Source of the DNA: Candidatus Kaiserbacteria bacterium
GTDB taxonomy: Bacteria > Patescibacteriota > Minisyncoccia > Phycocordibacterales > Phycocordibacteraceae
Direction: 5' to 3'
Length of the DNA stretch: 64,000 bases
Assembly (NCBI GenBank): GCA_029288835.1
Contig: JARIGN010000032.1
Coordinates: 15,090 to 79,089 of the forward strand
The notes beneath the pieces are model-generated. The model had not been told where the DNA came from. It worked only from the letters and a program-made list of their open reading frames with translations, and searched no databases. Shown in pieces: positions 19,849 to 28,130 of the stretch (positions are counted from its first letter, which is position 1; every line of letters begins with the position of its first letter). The translations under genes and the position numbers were made by a program.

Positions 19849-21639
19849 ATGTTTCCGCTATTTGATTCACTGGATGAGAAAATTCGCGAAGAACTTCGCG
19901 AATATGATGATCTTGTAGCTGCGCTCCTCGCGCGCCGTGGAGTAACCAATGCTGAGGAAGCGCAGGCATTCCTTTCTCCTTCCTATGAAGCACATCTTGG
20001 GAACCCACTCGAGATTAAAGACATGGAAAAGGCGTCAAAGCGCATCGCTGCCGCACTGAACGCAGGGGAACGCATTGCGGTGTGGAGTGACTATGACTGC
20101 GACGGCATTCCCGGTGGCGTCGTGCTCCATGATTTTTTTAAAAAGGTTGAGGCAAATTTCTGTAACTATATCCCGCATCGCCACCATGAGGGGTTTGGCC
20201 TCAACAAAGAAGGGATCGACAAACTGCATGCTGATGGCGTGACGCTCATCATCACCGTCGATTGCGGCATTGCTGATGCTGCGTGCGTAAAGCATGCGAA
20301 CTCACTTGGTATCGAGGTCATTATCACCGACCATCACCTCGTGGGGGAAGAGTTACCGGAAGCGTATGCAATAGTGGACCCAAAGCAGGAGGGAGAAACG
20401 TACCCATACAAAGATTTTTGCGGTGGCGGCCTTGCCTGGAAACTGGTTTGTGCAATGCTCGTGCTTCCTAGCTCTGCGAAGGATGAGGATAGCGAAGAAG
20501 CTCCGGCATTTAAAGGCCGCGAGCTCATAAAGGAAGGATGGGAAAAGTGGTTGCTTGATATGGCAGGGCTCGCAACGATCGCCGACATGGTGCCGCTCAC
20601 GGGAGAGAATCGCATCATTGCAAAGTATGGTTTGCTCGTGATGCGGAAGAGTCCGCGCATAGGTTTGCAGAAACTTTGCAAAGCAGCGCGCGTTGATCAA
20701 AAGTCTCTCACGGAAGACGATGTAGCCTTCATGCTTGCGCCGCGCGTGAACGCGGCTTCGCGCATGGGGGATGCAATTGATGCGTTCAAACTTTTCACGA
20801 CAACGGACGAGGATGAAGCAGACATGCTTGCGAAGAAACTCGAGGCAACGAACAGGAGCCGCCGCGCTTCCAGCGCGGCGGTCACGAAGCGCGTGCACGA
20901 ACGTCTCGAAGAAAAGAAAATGCTCGGCGAGGCAATTCCCGACGTCATCGTCATGGGTGACCCCGAGTGGCGTCCAGGGCTTTTGGGTCTCGTGTGCAAT
21001 AGCGTGTCTGAGGAATATCAGCGGCCAGTCTTTCTGTGGGGAAGAGAGGGAAGCAATACTCTGAAAGGCTCATGCCGTGCCGGCCGCCCCGACGTAAACC
21101 TTTTGAAACTTATGCAGGCTGCGCCAGCAAATACCTTTATAGAGTTTGGCGGTCACAAAGCATCCGGGGGCTTTTCCGTGCAGGAAGAAGCGATTCATTC
21201 GCTTGAGGAACGGCTAAATGCTGCGTATGCCTCAATGGAGTTCGCGGTGTTTGAAGAGGATGAACGTGCCGATGGCGAGCTTGCCATTCATGCAGCAACG
21301 GTAAAGTTTCTCCATACGCTCGATAAGCTTGCGCCATTTGGTATGGGGAATCCAAAGCCAACGTTTGTTATGCGAAATGTCACGCTTGAAAAAGTAGCAT
21401 GGTTTGGAAAGAGTGGTGAGCATTTGCGTTTGCGCATCGTGCCGAGCAATGCAGATAGTCTCGAGTATTCTTTTTCAAGCACATCAATTGAAGGAATCGC
21501 CTTTTATGCAAAACGCGAGCTTGGGTCTATTTGCTCCGAGCTTAAAGAAGGCGAGACGAGGACGCTCCTTGTGACGCTCGAGCGCGACACCTTTTCACGC
21601 GGCCAGCCAGTGCGCTTGCGCCTTATTTCGATAGGGTAA
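19849..21639 (+). CDS. recJ: Single-stranded-DNA-specific exonuclease RecJ
   Basis: DYDCDG, ITVDCGI, TDHH, ATIADMVPL, PRVNAASRM, FGGHKASGG, APFGMGNPKP. Confidence 0.96.
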   Translation: MFPLFDSLDEKIREELREYDDLVAALLARRGVTNAEEAQAFLSPSYEAHLGNPLEIKDMEKASKRIAAALNAGERIAVWSDYDCDGIPGGVVLHDFFKKVEANFCNYIPHRHHEGFGLNKEGIDKLHADGVTLIITVDCGIADAACVKHANSLGIEVIITDHHLVGEELPEAYAIVDPKQEGETYPYKDFCGGGLAWKLVCAMLVLPSSAKDEDSEEAPAFKGRELIKEGWEKWLLDMAGLATIADMVPLTGENRIIAKYGLLVMRKSPRIGLQKLCKAARVDQKSLTEDDVAFMLAPRVNAASRMGDAIDAFKLFTTTDEDEADMLAKKLEATNRSRRASSAAVTKRVHERLEEKKMLGEAIPDVIVMGDPEWRPGLLGLVCNSVSEEYQRPVFLWGREGSNTLKGSCRAGRPDVNLLKLMQAAPANTFIEFGGHKASGGFSVQEEAIHSLEERLNAAYASMEFAVFEEDERADGELAIHAATVKFLHTLDKLAPFGMGNPKPTFVMRNVTLEKVAWFGKSGEHLRLRIVPSNADSLEYSFSSTSIEGIAFYAKRELGSICSELKEGETRTLLVTLERDTFSRGQPVRLRLISIG

Positions 21640-21670
21640 TGAGGACAAAGAGAGGTGGTACTATATCTTT

Positions 21671-22051
21671 ATGAATTTAAAAAGCAGGAGGTTCATAACG
21701 CTCACTTTGCCCTGCATCTTGCTTGTGGTATTTGGATATGGAATTTTTACCGCAAATAGTATGGTGCAAGAAAGTTTTTGCTGGGGAGCATTTGGCTGTG
21801 ACTACTATGTTGGAAATCTGACCACAGCATCCTATATAGGTATAGTGCTTATCGCGATAGGGGTGGTGTTCGGGTTTGAAAGTCTTTTGCCCGCAAAGAC
21901 TTCGTTCATGAAAAGAATTTTCCTTGCACTCGTGCCACTGCTTCTTCTTGGGTTGAGTTGTGCCGTTTGGAATATGGTGCCGAGAGTTTTTCCAGGAGTT
22001 CGTTTTTCAGCTACCCCAGAAGAGATTCCTGTACCTGCCCCTGGCATATAA
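21671..22051 (+). CDS. Membrane hypothetical protein
   Basis: Three hydrophobic segments. Confidence 0.65.
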   Translation: MNLKSRRFITLTLPCILLVVFGYGIFTANSMVQESFCWGAFGCDYYVGNLTTASYIGIVLIAIGVVFGFESLLPAKTSFMKRIFLALVPLLLLGLSCAVWNMVPRVFPGVRFSATPEEIPVPAPGI

Positions 22052-22052
22052 A

Positions 22053-22577
22053 TTATTTCGCACCAAGTCTTTTTAATTCACGTGAGAGTGCGCGCCGCCT
22101 TCCTTCAACGGTGGTCTTAATACCAAACTCCTTTCGGCGCTTGTCGACATTTTTTGCATCTCGAATACGACGAACGGTAACGGTACTACCTTCAGTGTCA
22201 TAGAGCGTACCAAACAAAAGCGGCTTGCCTTCATTCGATAGAATGCGGTCAGTAATATAGGCAATCTCTTGGAGAGGAACTTCCTTTGGATTTTTCTTGT
22301 AGGCACGTTTAAGAAGGGAAAGGGCATCCTTTTGAAAGGATAGGTCATGGTCTGCATGGCGGATCATGAGACACATTCCTTCTGCCGCCTTTTTGCCAAT
22401 CAGCGTATGGGTTGGCCAGCCATACTCTGTAAATACTTTTTTCAACCAGGCGCTATTTTTCCGGTCGAGCTTTTTATAGTCAGTGCGCTTCGCTTTGCCT
22501 GCCACCTGTGCCTCACGCACTTTCTGCTCTTCAGCAACCCTTCGGAGTATTTCTTGGGCGAGCTCTTTGTTCTGCAT
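22053..22577 (-). CDS. Conserved hypothetical protein (DUF6624-like)
   Basis: YGWP...IG, HAD, AYITDRI...GKPLLFGT, VDKRRKEFG. Confidence 0.7.
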   Translation of the reverse strand: MQNKELAQEILRRVAEEQKVREAQVAGKAKRTDYKKLDRKNSAWLKKVFTEYGWPTHTLIGKKAAEGMCLMIRHADHDLSFQKDALSLLKRAYKKNPKEVPLQEIAYITDRILSNEGKPLLFGTLYDTEGSTVTVRRIRDAKNVDKRRKEFGIKTTVEGRRRALSRELKRLGAK

Positions 22578-22604
22578 GGTCAAAGTATAGCGTATACTTC
22601 TGGA

Positions 22605-23030
22605 ATGGAATTTACGATTTTCGCTGATGGTGGCTCGCGAGGTAATCCTGGCCCGGCAGGCGCTGGTGCGATAGTGCGCGATCAAGAAGGAAAGGTAGTC
22701 GCGAAAATATCAGAATACATCGGCATCAATACCAATAACGTAGCGGAATATACCGGCATACTTTCTGCACTCGAGGCCCTGTATGACAAGCTTGGAAGTG
22801 AAGGAAGTGCTTCAGCGAGCGTGGTGGTGAAGATGGACAGTATGCTCGTCGTGAAGCAGATGAATGGGGAGTACCGCATTAAGCATCTAAACCTGCAGCC
22901 ACTCGCCGCGCGGGTAAACGAGATGCGCCGGAAATTTAAGAGCGTAAGTTTCGCGCATGTGTATCGCGAACATAACAAGGAAGCAGATGCGCTAGCAAAC
23001 AAAGCGATGGATAAGGGGATGGGGCGATAG
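22605..23030 (+). CDS. rnhA: Ribonuclease HI (archaeal-like / actinobacterial type)
   Basis: FADGGSRGNPGPAGAG, TNNVAEY, DSMLVVKQ, REHNKEADALAN. Confidence 0.95.
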   Translation: MEFTIFADGGSRGNPGPAGAGAIVRDQEGKVVAKISEYIGINTNNVAEYTGILSALEALYDKLGSEGSASASVVVKMDSMLVVKQMNGEYRIKHLNLQPLAARVNEMRRKFKSVSFAHVYREHNKEADALANKAMDKGMGR

Positions 23031-23045
23031 GAGAATTATGAAAAG

Positions 23046-23072
23046 AAAAAGCTAGGACCGAAATCCTAGCTT
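23046..23072. terminator. Hairpin terminator with U-tract on the minus strand
   Basis: AAAAAGCTAGGA-ccgaaa-TCCTAGCTT. Confidence 0.7.
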
Positions 23073-23083
23073 GAGAGTATGAA

Positions 23084-23320
23084 TTAGTATAAACGAGCAT
23101 ATCTTCTGACAAGTCGGCGTGCGCGAGAACGATGGGTCAGGTTGTGCTTCCGCACTTTCTTGGGTAGCGAGGGTGGCATGTTCAGAATTAGAATGAGCTT
23201 TGGCAGCTCTTGGGGCGGCAGACTGTTCTTGCCTGCATGCTTCAGAAAGTGAGTTACACGTATCACAACTGCGCGAGCTCCCGTTATGCTTTGACTCACT
23301 CGGGATTTTGTTGGCACCAC
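23084..23320 (-). CDS. Small basic ORFan
   Basis: SD GGAG before GTG, upstream TTGACA and a downstream terminator; no recognisable family. Confidence 0.4.
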   Translation of the reverse strand: MVPTKSRVSQSITGARAVVIRVTHFLKHAGKNSLPPQELPKLILILNMPPSLPKKVRKHNLTHRSRARRLVRRYARLY

Positions 23321-23447
23321 CGGTATCTCCAAGTAATGTTCAGTAGTTCTCTCGATTTATATAATAAGTATTATGTTTTGTCAAAACTCAGCAAAATTTT
23401 AAAACTTCTTGAGGAAAATTTGATGTGCAAATTCGTAGGATGGGAGG

Positions 23448-25034
23448 ATGCTCTCTTGCCTGCGAGGAAAAAGGTTTTTTGTCGGTATAGGTACCTTCTT
23501 GTTTGGAGTTGTTTTAGGCACGATAGGACAGGCACTTACTTTGAGAGAGATATTCTTGTGTGTTGGTGTGGGAATACTCGCAGGGATGCTCGGATGTGTT
23601 TGTGAGAAATATAGCAATGCCCGTGTGTTATTTTTAGCGACCGGCATTGCTTCTTTTTGCTTTTGTGTAGGTTCACTTCGTGCAGAGCATGAGCCACACG
23701 TTCTACCGCCAGAGTTTACCTCACTTCTTTCGCAGCCTGTTTCCCTTGAGGGAGTAATCGTCGCGGATCCAGACATTCGCGCAAAGAATCAGCAACTTGT
23801 GGTCCTAGTGAGGAAGGGCGGAGCGCAAACTCGGCTGCTCGTTTTTGCGCCGCTCTTTCAGCATTTTGAATATGGCGAAGAAGTATTACTTGCGGGAACG
23901 CTCACCGCACCTGCACCTTTCACCACCGATACGGGCCGCCTCTTTCGCTATGACACATACCTCGCGCAAAAACAGATCTTTGCGACGGTGCCGCAGGCGA
24001 GTCTTTTAGAGGTGCAGCAACCGCATGGATTTCTTACTCATGTTGTTGACACGCTTTTCGATATCAAACATATTTTTATTGCAGGCCTTGGTCGAGCGCT
24101 CCCTAATGCGCTCGCAAAACTGGCAACCGGCATTCTCACGGGGAACCAGCACCAGATTCCAGAAGCTACTCTTGCGGCACTTGAGCTTTCCGGGATGCTT
24201 TGGATTGTCGTGCTCTCCGGATACCATGTCACGCTCATTGCTTCGAGTATTAAAGCAGTAACAAGTTTCTTGCCGCGACGCTTCCAATATTTTTGTATCG
24301 TTGGTGGTGTCGCGGCAATCATCTTTGCAACGGGAGCAAGTGCACCTTCGCTTCGCGGCGCGCTCATGGCTGGGCTCTCACTCTATGCACGAGCTACGCA
24401 CCGCACCTATGACGCGCTCCGTGCGCTTAGTGTCGTAGTGGCTGGCATGCTTTTGTGGAATCCTTTTTTGCTCGTCTATGATTTTGGGTTTCAGCTTTCC
24501 ATTCTAGTGACTCCCGCAATACTTCTGGGGGTACCGATTCTGGAGTCTCGGCTACTTTGGATACACTCAAAACATATACGTGAAGTGGTGGCAGTGAGTA
24601 CCGTTGCGCAGCTCGCATGCCTCCCGCTCGTGCTCTGGCAAACAGGCAGCTTGGAGCTCTGGGCCATTCCTGCAAATATCCTCACCATGTGGCTCGTGCC
24701 GCTCGCGATGGTTTCTTCTTTTGCTGCAGGTATCGCTGGTATCTTTCTTCCACCAATAGCTTCGCTTACTCAAGTCTCCCCGCTCGCTTCGCTCGCGGGC
24801 CTTCCCGCATACTACACACTCAGCTACCTCTCCTTCATAGCAAAAAGCGCCGCATCACTTCCGTATGCAGCGCTCTCGGTTCCTGACTTTTCTTTTGCGT
24901 ATGTCGTGCTGATGTACCTCTTCCTCATCGTGCTTTTCGCACGTCTTCGTCGAAAAGAAATCTACACCACTTCGCTCAAGAAACGCTTCTCGATTACTTC
25001 CCAGTTTACGTTTTCCAAAAACGCCTCGACATAG
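23448..25034 (+). CDS. comEC: ComEC/Rec2 membrane portion (OB-fold plus Competence domain)
   Basis: FRYDTYL OB region, SGYHV, GASAPSLRGALM, DFGFQLS; multiple TM segments. Confidence 0.88.
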   Translation: MLSCLRGKRFFVGIGTFLFGVVLGTIGQALTLREIFLCVGVGILAGMLGCVCEKYSNARVLFLATGIASFCFCVGSLRAEHEPHVLPPEFTSLLSQPVSLEGVIVADPDIRAKNQQLVVLVRKGGAQTRLLVFAPLFQHFEYGEEVLLAGTLTAPAPFTTDTGRLFRYDTYLAQKQIFATVPQASLLEVQQPHGFLTHVVDTLFDIKHIFIAGLGRALPNALAKLATGILTGNQHQIPEATLAALELSGMLWIVVLSGYHVTLIASSIKAVTSFLPRRFQYFCIVGGVAAIIFATGASAPSLRGALMAGLSLYARATHRTYDALRALSVVVAGMLLWNPFLLVYDFGFQLSILVTPAILLGVPILESRLLWIHSKHIREVVAVSTVAQLACLPLVLWQTGSLELWAIPANILTMWLVPLAMVSSFAAGIAGIFLPPIASLTQVSPLASLAGLPAYYTLSYLSFIAKSAASLPYAALSVPDFSFAYVVLMYLFLIVLFARLRRKEIYTTSLKKRFSITSQFTFSKNAST

Positions 25035-25555
25035 TTTTTCTTTTCTGCAGGCATATAGTCCACCATGAAGGCATGTTCCCACATGTCGATAGCCAGTATG
25101 ATCGGGAGGCCAGCGAGCTGTCCAACTTCCTGGTCGGTGATCCACGCCGTATGGAGCTTTCGTGCCGCAGGGTCATAGTAAACGATGGTCCATCCCACGC
25201 CGCGGGTACCGCATACCTCTTTTATGTGTGCAATGAAATTGTCCCAGCTACCATAGCGGTCAACGGCAGCGTCCATAAGTGGGCTCTCTGCCTGGGGGCG
25301 AAGCGAGCCATTCTCAAGCTGCTCGAAGTAATATTCGTGCATGCGCATGCCGTCGAATTCGAAATTGAAGCGGCGGCGAAGTTCCGCCATGAGGTAGGCG
25401 TTGCCCTCGGCGTCTTGCGAGCGGAGCTCCTCAATCTTATCCATAATGAGATTTGCATGTTTGATGTAGCCCTCGTAGAGGGCGAGGTGTACGTCGATCT
25501 GCTTTTGGGAAATTCCCTTAAGTTCAGGGATGGCGAAGGTGCGGGGTGAATACAT
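24962..25555 (-). CDS. sod: Fe/Mn superoxide dismutase family protein
   Basis: Metal ligands in HLALYEGY, MHEYYF and IDMWEHAF. Confidence 0.9.
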   Translation of the reverse strand: MYSPRTFAIPELKGISQKQIDVHLALYEGYIKHANLIMDKIEELRSQDAEGNAYLMAELRRRFNFEFDGMRMHEYYFEQLENGSLRPQAESPLMDAAVDRYGSWDNFIAHIKEVCGTRGVGWTIVYYDPAARKLHTAWITDQEVGQLAGLPIILAIDMWEHAFMVDYMPAEKKNYVEAFLENVNWEVIEKRFLSEVV

Positions 25556-25613
25556 CATAAAAATTGTATGTTCTGTTAATAATTACTTTATCTCAGTATG
25601 GCATGATAGCTGG

Positions 25614-26552
25614 ATGCTGCCTACCACATCCTTGGTGCCCCGTTCATTTTATAAGATATTTTCGTACGTTGCCATTGGCGGTCTCGTTTTACTTGTCCTA
25701 TTTCTGTATGGAAGAATCGCGCTTGAGTATCTCTATGGCACAAGATTTGCCCATGCTTCAGGAGTGCTAAAAGTCTCCGTGCTCAATATCGGACAGGGCG
25801 ACTCTATTCTCATCCAAGGACCCACCGGAAAGACCATGCTTGTGGATGCTGGTCCGGGGGACACGGTGCTTGATAGGCTCGCGGAAGAGCTTGGCCCGTT
25901 AAACCATCATCTTGATATGGTTGTGGAAACGCATCCCGATGCAGACCATATCACTGGTTTTGAGTATGTGCTCCAAAAATATACTGTTTCGCAATTCATG
26001 ACGCCTGGCATCCCTGACTCCACGAAGACCTTTCTCGCGGTAGACCAGGAGGCAAGTGCTCTTGAGAGTAGCCATGCGTTGCAAAAGATAACGGCAAGGC
26101 GTGGGATGAGGATCGATCTCGGGGGAGGGGCGTATGCTGATGTCCTGCATCCTGACCGTGACCTCTCACAGGAGACCGTCACCAACGACGGCTCCATCAC
26201 CATGCATCTGGTGTATGGAAAGACGTCTTTCATGCTTACCGGTGACCTGCCCACTAATGTCGAAAATTGGCTCGTGCAGCTCGATGCTAAAGACGGGGAA
26301 CTGCCAACGGATGTATTAAAAGTGGGGCATCATGGCTCGAAGTATTCCACGGGAAGTGCGTGGCTTGCTGCGCTCCATCCGTCCGTGGCGGCAATTTCTG
26401 TCGGAAAGAATAATCGCTACGGGCATCCCGCTCCGGCGACACTTGACCGCATTAAAGCTGAAGGCGCGACTATCTATATGACGGAAGACTCCGGCACGCT
26501 CGACTTCATAAGCGATGGTGAAAAGATAACTGAACACTCGGAAGGATTATAG
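25614..26552 (+). CDS. ComEC-type metallo-beta-lactamase nuclease domain as a separate, TM-anchored protein
   Basis: NIGQGDSILI, THPDADHI, LTGD, KVGHHGS, NRYGHP. Confidence 0.88.
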   Translation: MLPTTSLVPRSFYKIFSYVAIGGLVLLVLFLYGRIALEYLYGTRFAHASGVLKVSVLNIGQGDSILIQGPTGKTMLVDAGPGDTVLDRLAEELGPLNHHLDMVVETHPDADHITGFEYVLQKYTVSQFMTPGIPDSTKTFLAVDQEASALESSHALQKITARRGMRIDLGGGAYADVLHPDRDLSQETVTNDGSITMHLVYGKTSFMLTGDLPTNVENWLVQLDAKDGELPTDVLKVGHHGSKYSTGSAWLAALHPSVAAISVGKNNRYGHPAPATLDRIKAEGATIYMTEDSGTLDFISDGEKITEHSEGL

Positions 26553-26578
26553 TCTTGTAGCAGGAAGGAAATTGAAAC

Positions 26579-26617
26579 AAAAAATCCGGCGCCCTGAATG
26601 GATTCGCCGGATTTTTT
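26579..26617. terminator. Bidirectional terminator
   Basis: AAAAAATCCGGCG...CGCCGGATTTTTT between convergent genes. Confidence 0.75.
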
Positions 26618-26634
26618 CGTTTTACTTCGCTGAC

Positions 26635-26880
26635 TTACTTCACTACTCCTGCTTTCTTGAGTGTCGCGTATGCGCCGTTCTTCTTTACGTGGCGGTAGCC
26701 CTTGATGGACATGTCGACAAGGATCGTCTTATTCAGCTCCGGTACGAATACACGGCGCTTCTGGAGGTTGGCCTTGCGGCGTACTTTCCCGGTTGGATTG
26801 AACTGCGTAGCACGCGTACGGTTTGAGTACCGTCCGCCTACTTGGGTTGTCTTTCCGGTGATTGCACAGCTTCTTGGCAT
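26635..26880 (-). CDS. rpmB: 50S ribosomal protein L28
   Basis: MPRSCAITGK...RRKANLQKRRVFVPE. Confidence 0.92.
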   Translation of the reverse strand: MPRSCAITGKTTQVGGRYSNRTRATQFNPTGKVRRKANLQKRRVFVPELNKTILVDMSIKGYRHVKKNGAYATLKKAGVVK

Positions 26881-26923
26881 AGTTGTAGCATGGTAGCATA
26901 GGCATACCAATTTAAGCAACACC

Positions 26924-27565
26924 ATGGCTTCCGACCCCTCCCTCAGCATTTTTGTCATCGTCATACTCATACTTTCCATCATCATGCACGAGGTGGCGCA
27001 CGGATACGCGGCCTTTATGCTCGGGGACCCTACCGCCAAAAATCAGGGCCGTCTCACTCTAAATCCTCTCGCCCATATCGACCTCTTTGGCTCTATTCTC
27101 GTGCCGGCGATTCTCGTGCTCGGGAATGCCGGCGTGCTCTTTGGGTGGGCGAAACCTGTTCCCTACAACCCGTACAATTTGCGGAACCAGCGTTGGGGTG
27201 AAGCGATCGTCGGCATTGCGGGCGTCGCAACTAATCTCGTCCTCGCGCTTCTTTTTGCGCTCATCACCCGTGTCGCACTCATGCAAGGCGACATACTTTT
27301 CGGTACGCTTGCGTCGATGATTGCACTCGTGAATTTGTCGCTCGGCTTTTTTAATCTTATTCCTATTCCACCACTCGATGGGTACACGGTGCTTCGCGGC
27401 ATTCTTCCTCCGCGCGCATCGATGGCATTCCGCGCATGGGAGCAGCGCATCTACGGAAGCAATCTGCTCACGCGCTTTATCATACTTTTTGTATTCGTCT
27501 ATCTCTTCTCGACCCCGTTCTATATTTTTATTCAATACCTTTTCCATATCCTAACGGGAGTGTAG
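26924..27565 (+). CDS. Site-2 protease (M50 family)
   Basis: HEVAH, GRLTLNPLAHID, FNLIPIPPLDG. Confidence 0.93.
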   Translation: MASDPSLSIFVIVILILSIIMHEVAHGYAAFMLGDPTAKNQGRLTLNPLAHIDLFGSILVPAILVLGNAGVLFGWAKPVPYNPYNLRNQRWGEAIVGIAGVATNLVLALLFALITRVALMQGDILFGTLASMIALVNLSLGFFNLIPIPPLDGYTVLRGILPPRASMAFRAWEQRIYGSNLLTRFIILFVFVYLFSTPFYIFIQYLFHILTGV

Positions 27566-27605
27566 TCCTCAGGAAAGTCAGCGACAAAATTTTCACAAGC
27601 AAAAT

Positions 27606-27914
27606 ATGCACTCTGAAAATTCTTCGTACCCTAAGCCTGGCTACTACAAACACTTTAAGCATGACCCAGAGGGGACGCCGCTGAATTATGTGTACGAAGT
27701 GGTTGGTGTCGCGAAGCATACGGAGACCGAAGAATTGAGTGTCATATACCGGCCACTCTACAAGAATGACTTTATCGGTGAGGCACACTTTTTCTCCCGA
27801 CCTCTCTCGATGTTTATGGAGACGGTCACTATGAATGGTGTGCATGTGCCGCGCTTTGAACGCATAACCGACCCTACCTTGCTCCAGGAAATTTCTGAAC
27901 TAGCAGCGCCTTAA
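27606..27914 (+). CDS. DUF1653-family protein
   Basis: GYYKHFK...YEVVGVAKHTETEE..VIYRPLY...RPLSMF...PRF. Confidence 0.85.
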   Translation: MHSENSSYPKPGYYKHFKHDPEGTPLNYVYEVVGVAKHTETEELSVIYRPLYKNDFIGEAHFFSRPLSMFMETVTMNGVHVPRFERITDPTLLQEISELAAP

Positions 27915-28003
27915 GGTGGCTTCATGAAGCTTCGTAAAAAGTTCCACGAGCTGATTGTATAGACGTACTGCTCTAGAAAACTCTTTTTCACCAATTCGCA
28001 ACG

Positions 28004-28036
28004 GTAGACCACTCGTTGCACCTACAAGTGGTCTAC
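28004..28036. repeat. Intergenic inverted repeat
   Basis: GTAGACCACT...AGTGGTCTAC 10-bp arms. Confidence 0.6.
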
Positions 28037-28130
28037 ACATTGCATTTTTTAGGAATGTCGGATGAACCCTCTTCTACCCCATTAGCGTGGAATGGCCTAT
28101 ACACTTAGTTTCACGCCTTCTCTGCAGAAA

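Noticed and set aside
23210-23776. Overlapping ORFs 23210-23605(+) and 23399-23776(-)
   Set aside because: They overlap comEC and the minus-strand ORFan, with no recognisable features or start signals.
533-27039. Long N-terminal extensions in the ORF track for hup, the antitoxin, nusA, rnhA and rpmB
   Set aside because: Artefacts of upstream alternative start codons; family N-termini and -10 positions indicate the shorter starts used here.
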